Assembly (NCBI GenBank): GCA_963668625.2
Contig: CAXXKA010000008.1
Coordinates: forward strand, 32,001 to 96,000
Direction of reading: 5' to 3'
From: an uncultured candidate division Zixibacteria bacterium
GTDB taxonomy: Bacteria > Zixibacteria > MSB-5A5 > UBA10806 > 4484-95
DNA: 64,000 nucleotides
Each line of letters begins with the position of its first letter. Within the stretch, counting starts at the first letter, position 1. The notes under the pieces were generated by a model, which saw only the letters and a list, made by a program, of their open reading frames with translations, was not told the origin of the DNA and ran no database searches. Below are positions 28,272 through 39,008 of this stretch, one piece after another. The position numbers and the translations under genes were made by a program.

Positions 28272-31200
28272 CTAGCGTATCACGACGACTTTCCCGCCGG
28301 TGCTGCCGGAGGGGAAATTGATACTGTACAAATAAACGCCCGGCGCGAGTTCATCACCGTCATCGTTTTTAACATCCCACTGCCATTCATCGGGACCGAT
28401 ATCATTCTCATGCTTGACTATCTTGCCGCTTAAAGTGGCGATCACGATATCGGACTGTTCCACCAGGTTGGTGAAAGTAACGAAATTATGGCCGGCCTCG
28501 GGACGAAATGGATTCGGGTAGGGATGAATATCCAACTCCGCCGTAAACGCTATCGGGGCTGTCCAGATCATACCGTTGGAGCTTACGCGCCAGTAGTAGG
28601 TATTACCGGCGTCCAGAGGCTCTGAAACCTGCCAGCTTGTGGTTAAACCTGATGATTTAGCCACCGGGCCGGATTGAACCGGGTCAGAGAATCCCTCAGC
28701 CTGATCTACCTGGAAATAGTAGGTATCGATTTCCGGCAGATTGTTTACTTTAAAAACCGGTTGACTGGATTGAACCGCGTCGCCATCCTGCGGGAAAGCG
28801 CAATCGCTCGAGGCCAGTGTCTGGGCAACGCCGGTGAGAATATTGAACTGGGTCGAAATCGACCAGGCGCTGGTATCCGCGCCATCAGAGGCGATAGCGG
28901 CGACTCTCCAGAAATATGACACATTCTCCGAAAGCGAATTATAGGTAACGGTTGCCATGGTGTCAGCGGCCAAATCGACATTAAGCTGCGGCTCGGGATA
29001 ATCCTCCAGTGAATCCAACTCGAACACGTAATACAGTGAATGATACGAATCGACAATCTGGGCGGTCAGGGTGGCCGACCCATATACTGAGTCGACCACC
29101 GTGGCCATCGGCACAGGTACCGCGATACCATGCGCGTAACCTTCGGCTATATTCGATAGACCCGATTCTAAATCGACGTCATCGAAAGTTTTCACGGCAA
29201 TATAGTATGCCTCTCCCTCATCAAGGCCGCTTATAGTATGATTTTCCACACTACCGGGAGAGGCCGGCGAAGGGGGGTTGGCCGCCAATGTGGCCTGATC
29301 CCAGTTTCCGCCGTGAATGGGAGATTGCGAATAACGAATCTGATAGTGATCCGCCTGGCCCGAGTTTCCGTCATCGCCGGGAGCTGTCCAGCTTAACTCT
29401 ATCACGCCATCACTTTCACCCGGCAAAGCATTCAAGTCGAGAATATCACCGGGCGGCACGATATCGACATCGCAATCGCCCTCGACAGTATCGAGCCTGA
29501 GCGTATCGGCGCGGTTGGCGTCATCTATGGTGGTAACCAAAACCTCGGTCTCACCGCTTCTGGTAGCCCTGATAGTGAAATTATTGAAATTGGTCGAATC
29601 AGGACCGTCCTCGGCCGCGAACCAGTAGTTAATTATACCTGTCGCGTAACCATTGCTATTCGTGTTAGCGGTCATAACCGTCCGGCCGTAATTGTTGGTT
29701 ACCGTAATCGAAGCTCCGGCCACCGGGCATTCGTTATTCCCCAGTACCAGAATATCGTACTGATTCTGCATCGTGATCGTTCGTTCTCCCGAACCGCCAA
29801 CGAAATTGACATCATCATAGTTGGCATTACCCAGGTAGCCGACATTTCGGGCTTTATTACCCAGAGAGCTCAAGTCGAAACCGATGTTATAAGCATACTG
29901 TGTATTTCCAAAGGAATTTGAGGCATACTCGACCGTATCGCCCTCGATCAACAGATCCATACACTGGCCCCAGTTATCATAACCGCCAATCTGGTATCCA
30001 TGCTTCAAGACTTTCAGGTGGTTATTACGCCAGACATTTCCAGCGCCTTCCCAGGTATAACCATCGTTGTTGGTAATAGCGAACCTGGCACAGGTGGCCG
30101 TTTCGAAATCACTGCCCATTCCCTGTACCTCGATATAGTTGTTCTCATACACCAGGAAACTATCGGGATAACGTCCCTCCGGCCAGTCGCATCCGGAATC
30201 CCAGAACGAGACGACATCCACGGCCGTACCGTTAACACCATAGGATGAATTAGAGGTGTTACCCACCTGCACTACGAAACGGTTATCGTGAATGTTAACA
30301 TGCTTGTTGGCGTAACGAGATTTGAACGCTTTGGAGTTCAGATCCCAGTAATATTGATCATGTCCCCTATGCAGAATAACATCATTGTCGTAAATTTCCA
30401 CCGGGCTTTCGGCCGAGCCTACCGATAGCTGTAGAAGTATACCGCCATCACAACCCAGGCTTTCCTCTCCTGATCTTATGACGTTATTATATATTGCGCT
30501 ACCCGGTTGAAGTTTCTGGGTGATAATAGCGAATGAGTTTGCCGTATTGGCGCAAACTCCACCCGAGGGATAAGTGTAGAAATCGTTTCTGGCGTCGACT
30601 GTCAATTCACAATCGTAAACAAAACATTTTCCCTGGATAATCATACCCTGCCCGGGAGATTTCGTCAGGTTAACGCCATGGATTTTGAAATGGTAATCAT
30701 CCCCGCTTACCGGCTGAAGAGCCGAGTACAGGCGCGCTGCCGCACCGTCATACTGGCATCTACTGGTAAAGCCGGTAACATCGCTGGTCCAACTGCCACC
30801 GTTGAATTCGATATTCCATAAGCCCCAGCTACTGGAGGGACGCTCCAGACAATGGGCGTTGTTACCTTTGACATGGATGTTCGTGTTCTCGAAATAGATA
30901 TTACTACCGCCCGAGAAATTAACGGTTTTGTTGTAAGCCGCGTCATCGTTGGTGGCTGCGTGAAGAATCGTGCCGCCGATGATTTTGATATTATACGCGG
31001 TCATGCTGCTGCCGTCATTGTAACCGCTGCCATAGAATCTCAGACCGTAGTTGCTGTTACCATTGCCGGCGCCGAACGTTACGGTATCTGCGCCGAGATA
31101 GAGTACGATATCATGTCCCCTGATATCGATACCATTGGTGTTGGAGACCAGTTTTGTGCCGGCCACGTATAATGTCTCACTGAAATTCGTACCGCGCTGA

Positions 31201-31325
31201 CTGGCGGTATACGGCAGTGAGGTAATAGTGGTACTGCCGGCGAAAGCCGTACTCATCAACACCAGTAACGCAAGTAACGTACTCAGCGTTATCGCTGATG
31301 TTTTTAGATTAAATTTTATTGTCAT
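28272..31325 (-). CDS. Large secreted protein: probable parallel beta-helix, FN3 domains, T9SS-like C-terminal domain
   Basis: Signal peptide; recurring IYNN/IHDN/YENN strands; LSWTAPGDDG FN3; YPNPF...WDVKNDDG...PGVYLY tail. Confidence 0.75.
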   Translation of the reverse strand: MTIKFNLKTSAITLSTLLALLVLMSTAFAGSTTITSLPYTASQRGTNFSETLYVAGTKLVSNTNGIDIRGHDIVLYLGADTVTFGAGNGNSNYGLRFYGSGYNDGSSMTAYNIKIIGGTILHAATNDDAAYNKTVNFSGGSNIYFENTNIHVKGNNAHCLERPSSSWGLWNIEFNGGSWTSDVTGFTSRCQYDGAAARLYSALQPVSGDDYHFKIHGVNLTKSPGQGMIIQGKCFVYDCELTVDARNDFYTYPSGGVCANTANSFAIITQKLQPGSAIYNNVIRSGEESLGCDGGILLQLSVGSAESPVEIYDNDVILHRGHDQYYWDLNSKAFKSRYANKHVNIHDNRFVVQVGNTSNSSYGVNGTAVDVVSFWDSGCDWPEGRYPDSFLVYENNYIEVQGMGSDFETATCARFAITNNDGYTWEGAGNVWRNNHLKVLKHGYQIGGYDNWGQCMDLLIEGDTVEYASNSFGNTQYAYNIGFDLSSLGNKARNVGYLGNANYDDVNFVGGSGERTITMQNQYDILVLGNNECPVAGASITVTNNYGRTVMTANTNSNGYATGIINYWFAAEDGPDSTNFNNFTIRATRSGETEVLVTTIDDANRADTLRLDTVEGDCDVDIVPPGDILDLNALPGESDGVIELSWTAPGDDGNSGQADHYQIRYSQSPIHGGNWDQATLAANPPSPASPGSVENHTISGLDEGEAYYIAVKTFDDVDLESGLSNIAEGYAHGIAVPVPMATVVDSVYGSATLTAQIVDSYHSLYYVFELDSLEDYPEPQLNVDLAADTMATVTYNSLSENVSYFWRVAAIASDGADTSAWSISTQFNILTGVAQTLASSDCAFPQDGDAVQSSQPVFKVNNLPEIDTYYFQVDQAEGFSDPVQSGPVAKSSGLTTSWQVSEPLDAGNTYYWRVSSNGMIWTAPIAFTAELDIHPYPNPFRPEAGHNFVTFTNLVEQSDIVIATLSGKIVKHENDIGPDEWQWDVKNDDGDELAPGVYLYSINFPSGSTGGKVVVIR

Positions 31326-32515
31326 TACGGTTGCTCCTGTGTTTCTTCCTTGCCTTCATACATATACGGTTTTATAACGAAATCCCGGAACTCATTCGGG
31401 TTTCCGTCGTGCCCCCCTTCCGCTGCTTTAATTACGTTAAACGCCTCTCTTGTCGTCATATAATGTAATCGGTATTTACTGCTGTTTTTATACTTCTTTT
31501 CCACCTCTGTTAACATCTCGTCCATGTCCTCGCCCAGGTTTGCATCAAGCGCCCGGTACTTTTTAGCCGCGCCATGGGTTAATGTTCTCACGAATATCCA
31601 ATTAGGTCTGCCCTTTACATGGATATTCCCTTCAACCCACAGATCAAACCTCTCAGCGCTAGGTAACATGTCGGCGTAAATATCGCCGTCATCAATAGTT
31701 GGATGAGTCTTGAACCGCCAGTCGGACCAGTTTATCATCTGCGGCCCTACGAATATCATCAGATGATTGGCAAGCGGCTCCATACCGACCTCGCTTTGAA
31801 TGCCCCTATCGTACGATTTTGGTTTGTTCGGGTCATCCTTAGCATAGTAAATTTTGTTAATCCATGATGGTTGCGATTCTATTTGAAGCGAGGGAAACGT
31901 GGCATCGCAATAACACCCTAGCTCCATCAGGATAGTTAACTCATCATTGACACCGCAATAGTTATGGTCGCCCGAACCCCGTGAATTGTCCAGCGCCCAG
32001 TTGCCGTGTATGAATGAAAAATGATCCTCGCCATCGGGAGAGCGTAATGCGCCGTGGGCCTGAAGAGAGTCGATGCCATCGTTGAAAAGCTTACGCAGAG
32101 ACTCGGAGGTATCATCCTTATGGTGAAGGTGAACCTCTACATCGCCATACCCCTCGCCGCACAACGTGACTATACTATCAACCTCGAATCCCCTGAACGA
32201 CTCGATCGGGTAATAGAAAGTATGTTGCGCCTTAACTCCGTCCGAATCGATATGCTTATCGGCTAAAGCCCGGTAATCTGTCATCCAACGATTAACGGAT
32301 TCTACATTACCGCCGGGTTCCCAGTGATCAACCGCCACATAAATGATATCGATCACGCCGTCTATCGCCTCGGGATCGAAATCGGTAGTGTTAAACAGGT
32401 AATCGTTTAACCAGATATCATAATGGTTCGAATGAACCTTATACCAGACTCCGGTCATACCGATTAGCATCACGATAATTACCCCCACAATTACAAGCTT
32501 AAAGCGCTTACTCAT
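31325..32515 (-). CDS. Membrane-anchored conserved hypothetical protein, probable metal-dependent carbohydrate-active enzyme
   Basis: N-terminal TM; DHWEP, HTFYYP, EVHLHH, FIHGNWALDNS; TAATG coupling to the downstream gene. Confidence 0.7.
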   Translation of the reverse strand: MSKRFKLVIVGVIIVMLIGMTGVWYKVHSNHYDIWLNDYLFNTTDFDPEAIDGVIDIIYVAVDHWEPGGNVESVNRWMTDYRALADKHIDSDGVKAQHTFYYPIESFRGFEVDSIVTLCGEGYGDVEVHLHHKDDTSESLRKLFNDGIDSLQAHGALRSPDGEDHFSFIHGNWALDNSRGSGDHNYCGVNDELTILMELGCYCDATFPSLQIESQPSWINKIYYAKDDPNKPKSYDRGIQSEVGMEPLANHLMIFVGPQMINWSDWRFKTHPTIDDGDIYADMLPSAERFDLWVEGNIHVKGRPNWIFVRTLTHGAAKKYRALDANLGEDMDEMLTEVEKKYKNSSKYRLHYMTTREAFNVIKAAEGGHDGNPNEFRDFVIKPYMYEGKEETQEQP

Positions 32516-32700
32516 TTAATCCTCTATTTCAGTATTGTTCTTTCAAATAATATGCCCTCATAAGGCAAACTTTAATTTTCCTTAAGTTTAGAGTAATCTT
32601 AAACTTGTAATTATTCCCAAAAGTTCGGACGATCCAATATGATGTTCAAAATGTAAATAATTGTTCAATATCAGGTCAATCGATTTCTCAAATCAGAATG

Positions 32701-33837
32701 TTAATTTATTGAATTATTCAAGCCCGTTACTCTCTCATAAAATTCGTGATGGCTTTCAATATATTTTGAAACATCGTAATTCGCCATCGCTTTCTCCCGC
32801 CCCAAGTCACCCATCAAACTTATAAGCTCTTTACTTTCAATTAGTTTAGATAAATTGACAAATAAACCATCAGGGTCAGACAGGCTATAAATGTATCCCG
32901 TTTTCTTATGTTCAACCGCCTCTTTGTTACCGCCGACATCCGAGGCGACAACCGGCAGTCCGGCGGCCATATACTCGATTATCGAGTTGGAAAATCCCTC
33001 GGCTTTGGAACAGAGCACGCCGATATCAAAAGCCGCCAGGCAAGGGATGACATCGCCATAACGCCCCACCAGCTTGAAACGCTGAGTTAGCCCGGCATCG
33101 TTGATTTTACCCTGAAGACTCTCGCGCCGCCCCCCCTCGCCTACAACCACGAAACGAACTTTGTCGTTTACCGCTTGCAATCGCGCCGCGGCGTCTATCA
33201 GCGATTCGATATTTTTCACCGCCCGAAGGTTGCCAACGAGCCCGACAAGAATATCATCCTCACCGACCTCCCATTCCCGCCTCATAGTAGAGCGCATCTC
33301 GGGAGTCATTTTTTTGAACTTATCGAGATACATACCGTTGTATATAACCTCGATTTGTTCCCGGGGCGCTCCCTCGAGTTCCATCGTTGTCCGGGCTATC
33401 CCCTCCGAATTAGCCAGGTACTTCGTGGTGTAACGCCTCAGGAAACGAAGAGCGTTCATTTGAAGCGCGCTGTGCCTGTCGCCGGCGTTCCTGCGGCTGG
33501 CTATAATACCTTTGATACCGGCGCTTTTTGCCGCCATCACACCTATGATATTGGCATCGATGAAAAACACCTGCACGATATCGAACCGCTCCTGTTTGTG
33601 CAGCTCTTTAAACTGACTTATGAACCTCGGCGTATCGAAACTCAGTATTTTATTGAAATCGATAATGCTATAACCGAAATCGAAACTTTGTTTACTCAGC
33701 CATTCCGAATCGTGAAGGCAAACCAGGTATGGTTCCACCCGGCTTCTATCGAGGTTGTTCAGGAGCATCAACAACTGCCCCTCGGTGCCGGCGTTGGGGC
33801 TGTATATCGTATCGATTATATAAGCGACCTTGATCAT
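32701..33837 (-). CDS. Glycosyltransferase family 4
   Basis: AGTE, KNIE, EGFSNSIIEYMAAGLPVVASDVGG. Confidence 0.92.
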   Translation of the reverse strand: MIKVAYIIDTIYSPNAGTEGQLLMLLNNLDRSRVEPYLVCLHDSEWLSKQSFDFGYSIIDFNKILSFDTPRFISQFKELHKQERFDIVQVFFIDANIIGVMAAKSAGIKGIIASRRNAGDRHSALQMNALRFLRRYTTKYLANSEGIARTTMELEGAPREQIEVIYNGMYLDKFKKMTPEMRSTMRREWEVGEDDILVGLVGNLRAVKNIESLIDAAARLQAVNDKVRFVVVGEGGRRESLQGKINDAGLTQRFKLVGRYGDVIPCLAAFDIGVLCSKAEGFSNSIIEYMAAGLPVVASDVGGNKEAVEHKKTGYIYSLSDPDGLFVNLSKLIESKELISLMGDLGREKAMANYDVSKYIESHHEFYERVTGLNNSIN

Positions 33838-34949
33838 TTGAGCACGCTCCGGTAAACCTCGTAAAGTTTCTCGGCCTGCGTATCGAATGAGAATCTGCCT
33901 TTGACAGTAGCGTAGCCATTGACTTTGAATTTCTCCTGAAACTCGGTATCACTCGAAAGCGTTAGTATCTTTTCAGCCATGCCCGCGCAATCTTCCGATT
34001 TAACCAGGAAACCACTCTGCCCGTCATCGATAAGCTCCGGCACGCCACCAACAGCGGTAGCCACGACCGGTACTTTAAACGCCATCGCCTCTAAAACTAT
34101 ATTAGGCAATCCCTCCGATAACGAGGGGTTGACCAGCATATCGGCATCCATCATATAGCCCAACAAGTTCTTCTCGAAACCGGGGCAGATCACTTTATCC
34201 TCGATGCCGTAACTTATAATTTTCTCACGAATCATATCCAGATCGGGGCCATAGCCGAACATCACGAAACGAAGCTTTGGATTACGCTTAAGCGCGATAT
34301 TCGCCGCCTCGACCAGATATATTTGGCCTTTTTCCTTACTGAAACGCCCGCCTAGAATGCAGATATAGTCATCATCGGCAAACCCGAAACGCTCTCTAAG
34401 GCTGGCTTTTTCCACCCAATCGAAACTCTCGGGATCGATCGAGTTATAAGCCACCTCGATCTTGCGCCCCGGTACCCAGGCCGCGGTAAGTTTTCGTTTC
34501 TGCTCTATTGATACCGCTACGATCTTTTTGGCGAACCTTATAACGGCCTTATCGACATAATGATATATCTTGATTTTCAAATTTTCGGCAGTCCAGCCTC
34601 GTGAAAACGCAATCCACTTCGTATCGGTTCCGATAGTCGAAAGCCAGCCTATCACCTGCGTGCGGTAGTCATGCGTGCAAAGTATATCGATCTCGTTACG
34701 CTTGAGATACATCTTAACCACGTTAAAAGCATTGGGATCATAAGCGCTTTTGACATCGAAAGTATGAATCGGAATATTATCTCTGGCTATTACCTGAAGG
34801 AACTCCGGAGTCTCGCCGTTTTCCATAAACGAGGAGGCGGCAATATCAAATTCCGATTCCTTCGATTTCCGGGCGTGGAAATGTAACTGACGTTCGGGAC
34901 CGCCATAAAAATTGGAGGCGCGTAAATGAAGAACTTTGTATTTACTCAT
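33834..34949 (-). CDS. Glycosyltransferase family 4
   Basis: GGPERQ, GRFSKEKG, EGLPNIVLEAMA. Confidence 0.92.
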   Translation of the reverse strand: MSKYKVLHLRASNFYGGPERQLHFHARKSKESEFDIAASSFMENGETPEFLQVIARDNIPIHTFDVKSAYDPNAFNVVKMYLKRNEIDILCTHDYRTQVIGWLSTIGTDTKWIAFSRGWTAENLKIKIYHYVDKAVIRFAKKIVAVSIEQKRKLTAAWVPGRKIEVAYNSIDPESFDWVEKASLRERFGFADDDYICILGGRFSKEKGQIYLVEAANIALKRNPKLRFVMFGYGPDLDMIREKIISYGIEDKVICPGFEKNLLGYMMDADMLVNPSLSEGLPNIVLEAMAFKVPVVATAVGGVPELIDDGQSGFLVKSEDCAGMAEKILTLSSDTEFQEKFKVNGYATVKGRFSFDTQAEKLYEVYRSVLK

Positions 34950-36126
34950 CTACCTTTCTTTCGGTGCGTTTCCATCCGAGCTTACCCGAACTCATCAGAG
35001 CTTTAACCTGAACCGCCAGGAACCAGACAGCGTATTTGGGAATTTGAACCATCGCCCGGCAAGCCTGATATTTTTCTTTGATGAATACGATTCCCGAAAG
35101 CATATATATCGAAAGCAAGCCGATCAGTATCAACCCCCAGTATACCAGGGGCCAGCGCAACGTTTGCTGCGAGCAAAGAGCGAATATCGACCCCAGCACT
35201 ACGATATAAACCAGCATCGGGCGGCTCAATATTAAAAATGATAATCCCAGCTCGATCAAATCTGAACGGGCGTTGGTAAATCCATCCTTTAGCAGCTTGA
35301 GGAAATAATTTTTTATCAACTCGAACGTGCCCGCCGCCCAGCGCATTTTCTGGCTTTGCGATTGCTCGTATGAGGATGTCGCGGCGGCGTAAACCTCGCT
35401 ATTGGTATTGAAATCTATTGCGTAACCCTCGCGGATCAGGTTAACCGCGAACTCGACATCTTCGGTTATCGAATGGGAATTCCAGGGATGATTTTTCAAT
35501 ACCTTGCTTTTTATCGCCATGCCCGTTCCCCTCAGAAGAATCGGCAATCCGAGTATGGCGCGGGGTTTATAGAAAAGCTTGTTTTCGACTATATTGGCTA
35601 TTTTCTGAAGGTACGACAGGGCGGTTTTTTGCTCTATCGAGAAACCGTAATACAACTGAACCGCCCCAGCGCCGGAATCGAACGACTGAGACATCACTTC
35701 GAGCATGTTCTCCTGTACTATAGTATCGGCATCCACGACAACCACCGCGTCGAAATCATCCAGGTTGTAGAGTTTGATCGCCCATTCCAGGGCGTATCCC
35801 TTGCCGCGATTATCCGCATCTATTCGTTCATGCACGGTTATACCATAACCGTCGGCGATTTCGGCGGTACTGTCGGTGCAATTATCGGCAATCACTGCGA
35901 TCTCGAGTTTGCCCGAGGGCCTGAGCTTTTTCAGATGCTCGAGAGTTTTGCCAATAACTTTTCCCTCATCATGAGCCGGAATCAAAACGAGGTAATCATA
36001 CCGGTTGTTCGTTTTAGGATATATTTTCCTGCCTATAATCCCGACTAATGCCAGGAGATATAAATATAAAACGGCAATCGAGACCGCCGTCAATATCGCA
36101 ATCGACAGGATTCCGAAAATTGGCAT
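34942..36126 (-). CDS. Glycosyltransferase family 2 with membrane helices (TED and QxxRW motifs)
   Basis: IPAHDE, ADNCTD, GKGYAL, DAD, TED, QKMRW. Confidence 0.9.
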   Translation of the reverse strand: MPIFGILSIAILTAVSIAVLYLYLLALVGIIGRKIYPKTNNRYDYLVLIPAHDEGKVIGKTLEHLKKLRPSGKLEIAVIADNCTDSTAEIADGYGITVHERIDADNRGKGYALEWAIKLYNLDDFDAVVVVDADTIVQENMLEVMSQSFDSGAGAVQLYYGFSIEQKTALSYLQKIANIVENKLFYKPRAILGLPILLRGTGMAIKSKVLKNHPWNSHSITEDVEFAVNLIREGYAIDFNTNSEVYAAATSSYEQSQSQKMRWAAGTFELIKNYFLKLLKDGFTNARSDLIELGLSFLILSRPMLVYIVVLGSIFALCSQQTLRWPLVYWGLILIGLLSIYMLSGIVFIKEKYQACRAMVQIPKYAVWFLAVQVKALMSSGKLGWKRTERKVDE

Positions 36127-36164
36127 TATAGTTTTTCCCTGATATTCTACCCGCGCTCAGACTA

Positions 36165-37517
36165 TTATACTATTTTGGCGGTAGAAGGTAAATTGCAGAT
36201 TGAGAATCTGTATTTACCTCGTTCTGTTTGTTCTATCCTCTCAACGTATTCTATATTATAGCGCATATTTTCGCCAAAGAAAGCAGGAATTTTAGATTTC
36301 AGCAAAGCCAGTGACTCATCGTTGAAATCATCCGCCCGGACAACTTTAAAATTCAGCAGGTCAATCTCGTTCTGGATAATCTGCACCTGCTTGATTCCCG
36401 GTATGTGAATCGTGAACGTATCGAGTACCGAAATCCCCGAAATAGTCCGGCCATCGGGGGTATATAATAAATCGGCTGTTCTGCCGTAAATCTTACCCAG
36501 ACGGGGCAGTCCCCGACCACAGGCGCATTTTCCGTCCAGGGTCGTGGCCATATCGCCTATCTCATAACGGATAAACGGCATACCGCGGTTAACCAGGTCT
36601 GTAATCACCAGGCGGCCCGGAATATCGGCGTTACCATCTGTAACCTCCACGTACAAGCCCTCGGCATGAATATGCAATCCCTCATGAGCCTCGCATTCCG
36701 AGGCGATAATACTCATTTCCTCGCAACCGTAGCGGTTGAAAAGCACTTTGCCGAAAACCTCCTCGATTTTCGCTCGCTCGTGATCGTACAAAATCTCAGC
36801 GGTGGAGATAATCCCTTTTATTCCAAGATTCCTGATATCATGCTCCTCCACAAAGCAAGCGAACGTATAGATCGAATGCGCATGCCCCATCAGGGCGGTG
36901 GGATTGTATCGGCGCATCCTCTCCACGAATCCCAGGTTGTATTCGGTGTTCATCTTCAGGGTATCCAGATAAATCGCCCTGGTGTTGAACGTATTATAGA
37001 TCTGCTCCTTCAACGGGATCGGCTTATCGGTATCTCCCCAGATAGCTGCCAGTTTATCGCCGCGGTCGTAGTTGGCCCATCGGTTGTGACGGATCGTGGC
37101 AGCGGTTTTATGATTACCCGCGTCAAGATCAACATACAGTTTCAAAGGCACACTGGTAGAGCCGCCGGTGCGTTTGTATTGCATATCCTCGATCTTGAAT
37201 TTATCAGATATTATTGCTTTTTGATTAGCCCTGATATCATCTTTGGTTAAAATCGGAATTCGGTTCAAATCGGCAACCGACTTGAAATCTCCGGGTAAAA
37301 AACCGCATTCATTAAAACGATTGCGGTAAAATGATGTATGCTCGTAGGCATAAGCGAGAATGCTTTTCAATCTTTCGAACTGCAGTTCCCTGATTTGCTC
37401 TGGCGAGTAAAATTGGCTTTTTTCAAGCTCATCCAGGTAGGGCTTAATGACTTTGCCCTCGCGCTTATCGAAAAACGGAATCGTAAAATTTCTGACCAGT
37501 GGTTTTAATATATCCAT
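36165..37517 (-). CDS. Phenylacetate-CoA ligase family adenylate-forming enzyme (CapK-like)
   Basis: TGGST, YGCEE, RYEIGD, GRTAD, GKYRF. Confidence 0.88.
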   Translation of the reverse strand: MDILKPLVRNFTIPFFDKREGKVIKPYLDELEKSQFYSPEQIRELQFERLKSILAYAYEHTSFYRNRFNECGFLPGDFKSVADLNRIPILTKDDIRANQKAIISDKFKIEDMQYKRTGGSTSVPLKLYVDLDAGNHKTAATIRHNRWANYDRGDKLAAIWGDTDKPIPLKEQIYNTFNTRAIYLDTLKMNTEYNLGFVERMRRYNPTALMGHAHSIYTFACFVEEHDIRNLGIKGIISTAEILYDHERAKIEEVFGKVLFNRYGCEEMSIIASECEAHEGLHIHAEGLYVEVTDGNADIPGRLVITDLVNRGMPFIRYEIGDMATTLDGKCACGRGLPRLGKIYGRTADLLYTPDGRTISGISVLDTFTIHIPGIKQVQIIQNEIDLLNFKVVRADDFNDESLALLKSKIPAFFGENMRYNIEYVERIEQTERGKYRFSICNLPSTAKIV

Positions 37518-37526
37518 ATTATTACT

Positions 37527-38972
37527 TCATTCGGTTATTTCTGGAATAACTTGTTGAGGTGTATTACTTTTTTCCAAATTTTCTTCGATCCTTTTTGGGC
37601 TATAGCCGGATATCTGCTTATTCATCATCATCACGATTATAGCTGATATTATATACCAGTTGTACCTGAATAAATTATGTCCACCCAGCCCCATAAAGAA
37701 AAGCAGTATTATATGAGTATGCATTGCCAGCGTCATATTGTAAAAAAACTTATTTCCGGTCTTTTTAAAATATCGTTTGAACCTCCTCAAATGCCTGAAC
37801 ATGATTATAACCCAGGCAAAGAACGTAATGATCCCGGCCAATCCCATTTCGCTTATTAACTGCGCGGGTAAACTGTGCGCTTGAAGCCATAACGTGCCGT
37901 AAATCGTCCCCATTGCCGTAGAAAAATTGCCCATACCAAAACCGAATAGCGGCCTGTCTAAAAACATCTGAAAAGCATAGTGCAAAAACACCAGACGGCT
38001 CCGGGCTGAGGTCGCCGCGCCCGAATCATCCGAACTATCCTCCACTACCTCCTCGATACTTATGAACCTCTGCTGGTATTGTTCGGGCATAACCGCCACC
38101 GCCAATACCAGGAAAAGAGCTATAAGTATGAAATTCCTGATTTTGTTTTTGCGCTCCCATATTAACATGAAACCGAATACGAGCACGGCCGCCATACCGG
38201 TTCGCGAACCGGTCAGCATGATACACCAGAGAAATACCAGCGAGGTCATCCCTAAAAATATCTTCGTTATGCGGGAGGTTTTATCGGAGATATAATAGAA
38301 CAATAACGGCAGCGTATACACTACCGTAGCAGCCAGCGAGTTGGGATCGCCGAGAGAGGTATCCATAGCAAAAGCCCGTTCGATTCCCATTTCCACCTCG
38401 CGTATACCCTGGTAATAACGGATAACCGCCGAGGAAGCATGAAACAGCGTCCCGAGAATGGTGAACATGATAAACACCTTGAACTGCTTCTCGGTATCAA
38501 TCAGGTGGACTATGCAGAAAAATACGATTACCAGCCTGATTAACTTGACCCATATCTCCCATGAATGCGATAGCCAATACGAGGTTGCCACGTTAACCAG
38601 GGCAAGCGCCACGAAAGCGAATATGGCGATATGAATATTGGTAATCTTGAACCTGAAATTATTGACCATCTTGAGCTTCAGGACAGTCAGTACCAGCATG
38701 GCCAGGCCAATAGTTTTCTCTATACCCACCGCGCCGGTGAACCATATCTCCTGGGGACGGATATAAAAAATAATCAGATACATGAGCAGGCCGATAAACG
38801 GTTGCTTCATCACCAATAACAAACCGACTATACCGATAATCATTACGAACGGCAATATCTCTAGTTTAGTAACCAGAAACAGTGGCAGGATCAAGGAGAT
38901 AGCGATAACCGCCAGTTGAAGGAGTAACTCCTTGGAAATATATACCCTGGGTTGTTGTTCGTTAAATGCCAT
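37527..38972 (-). CDS. O-antigen ligase/polymerase (Wzy_C) family membrane protein
   Basis: Many TMs; DPNSLA, TGSRTG, SARSR, AHS. Confidence 0.85.
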   Translation of the reverse strand: MAFNEQQPRVYISKELLLQLAVIAISLILPLFLVTKLEILPFVMIIGIVGLLLVMKQPFIGLLMYLIIFYIRPQEIWFTGAVGIEKTIGLAMLVLTVLKLKMVNNFRFKITNIHIAIFAFVALALVNVATSYWLSHSWEIWVKLIRLVIVFFCIVHLIDTEKQFKVFIMFTILGTLFHASSAVIRYYQGIREVEMGIERAFAMDTSLGDPNSLAATVVYTLPLLFYYISDKTSRITKIFLGMTSLVFLWCIMLTGSRTGMAAVLVFGFMLIWERKNKIRNFILIALFLVLAVAVMPEQYQQRFISIEEVVEDSSDDSGAATSARSRLVFLHYAFQMFLDRPLFGFGMGNFSTAMGTIYGTLWLQAHSLPAQLISEMGLAGIITFFAWVIIMFRHLRRFKRYFKKTGNKFFYNMTLAMHTHIILLFFMGLGGHNLFRYNWYIISAIIVMMMNKQISGYSPKRIEENLEKSNTPQQVIPEITE

Positions 38973-39008
38973 AGTAGAATTTAAGGGTTTAAACCATAAA
39001 AAACAATA

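Noticed and set aside
33175-33855. 226-aa plus-strand ORF, and similar ones at 35473, 36666 and 57845
   Set aside because: Antisense to well-supported genes
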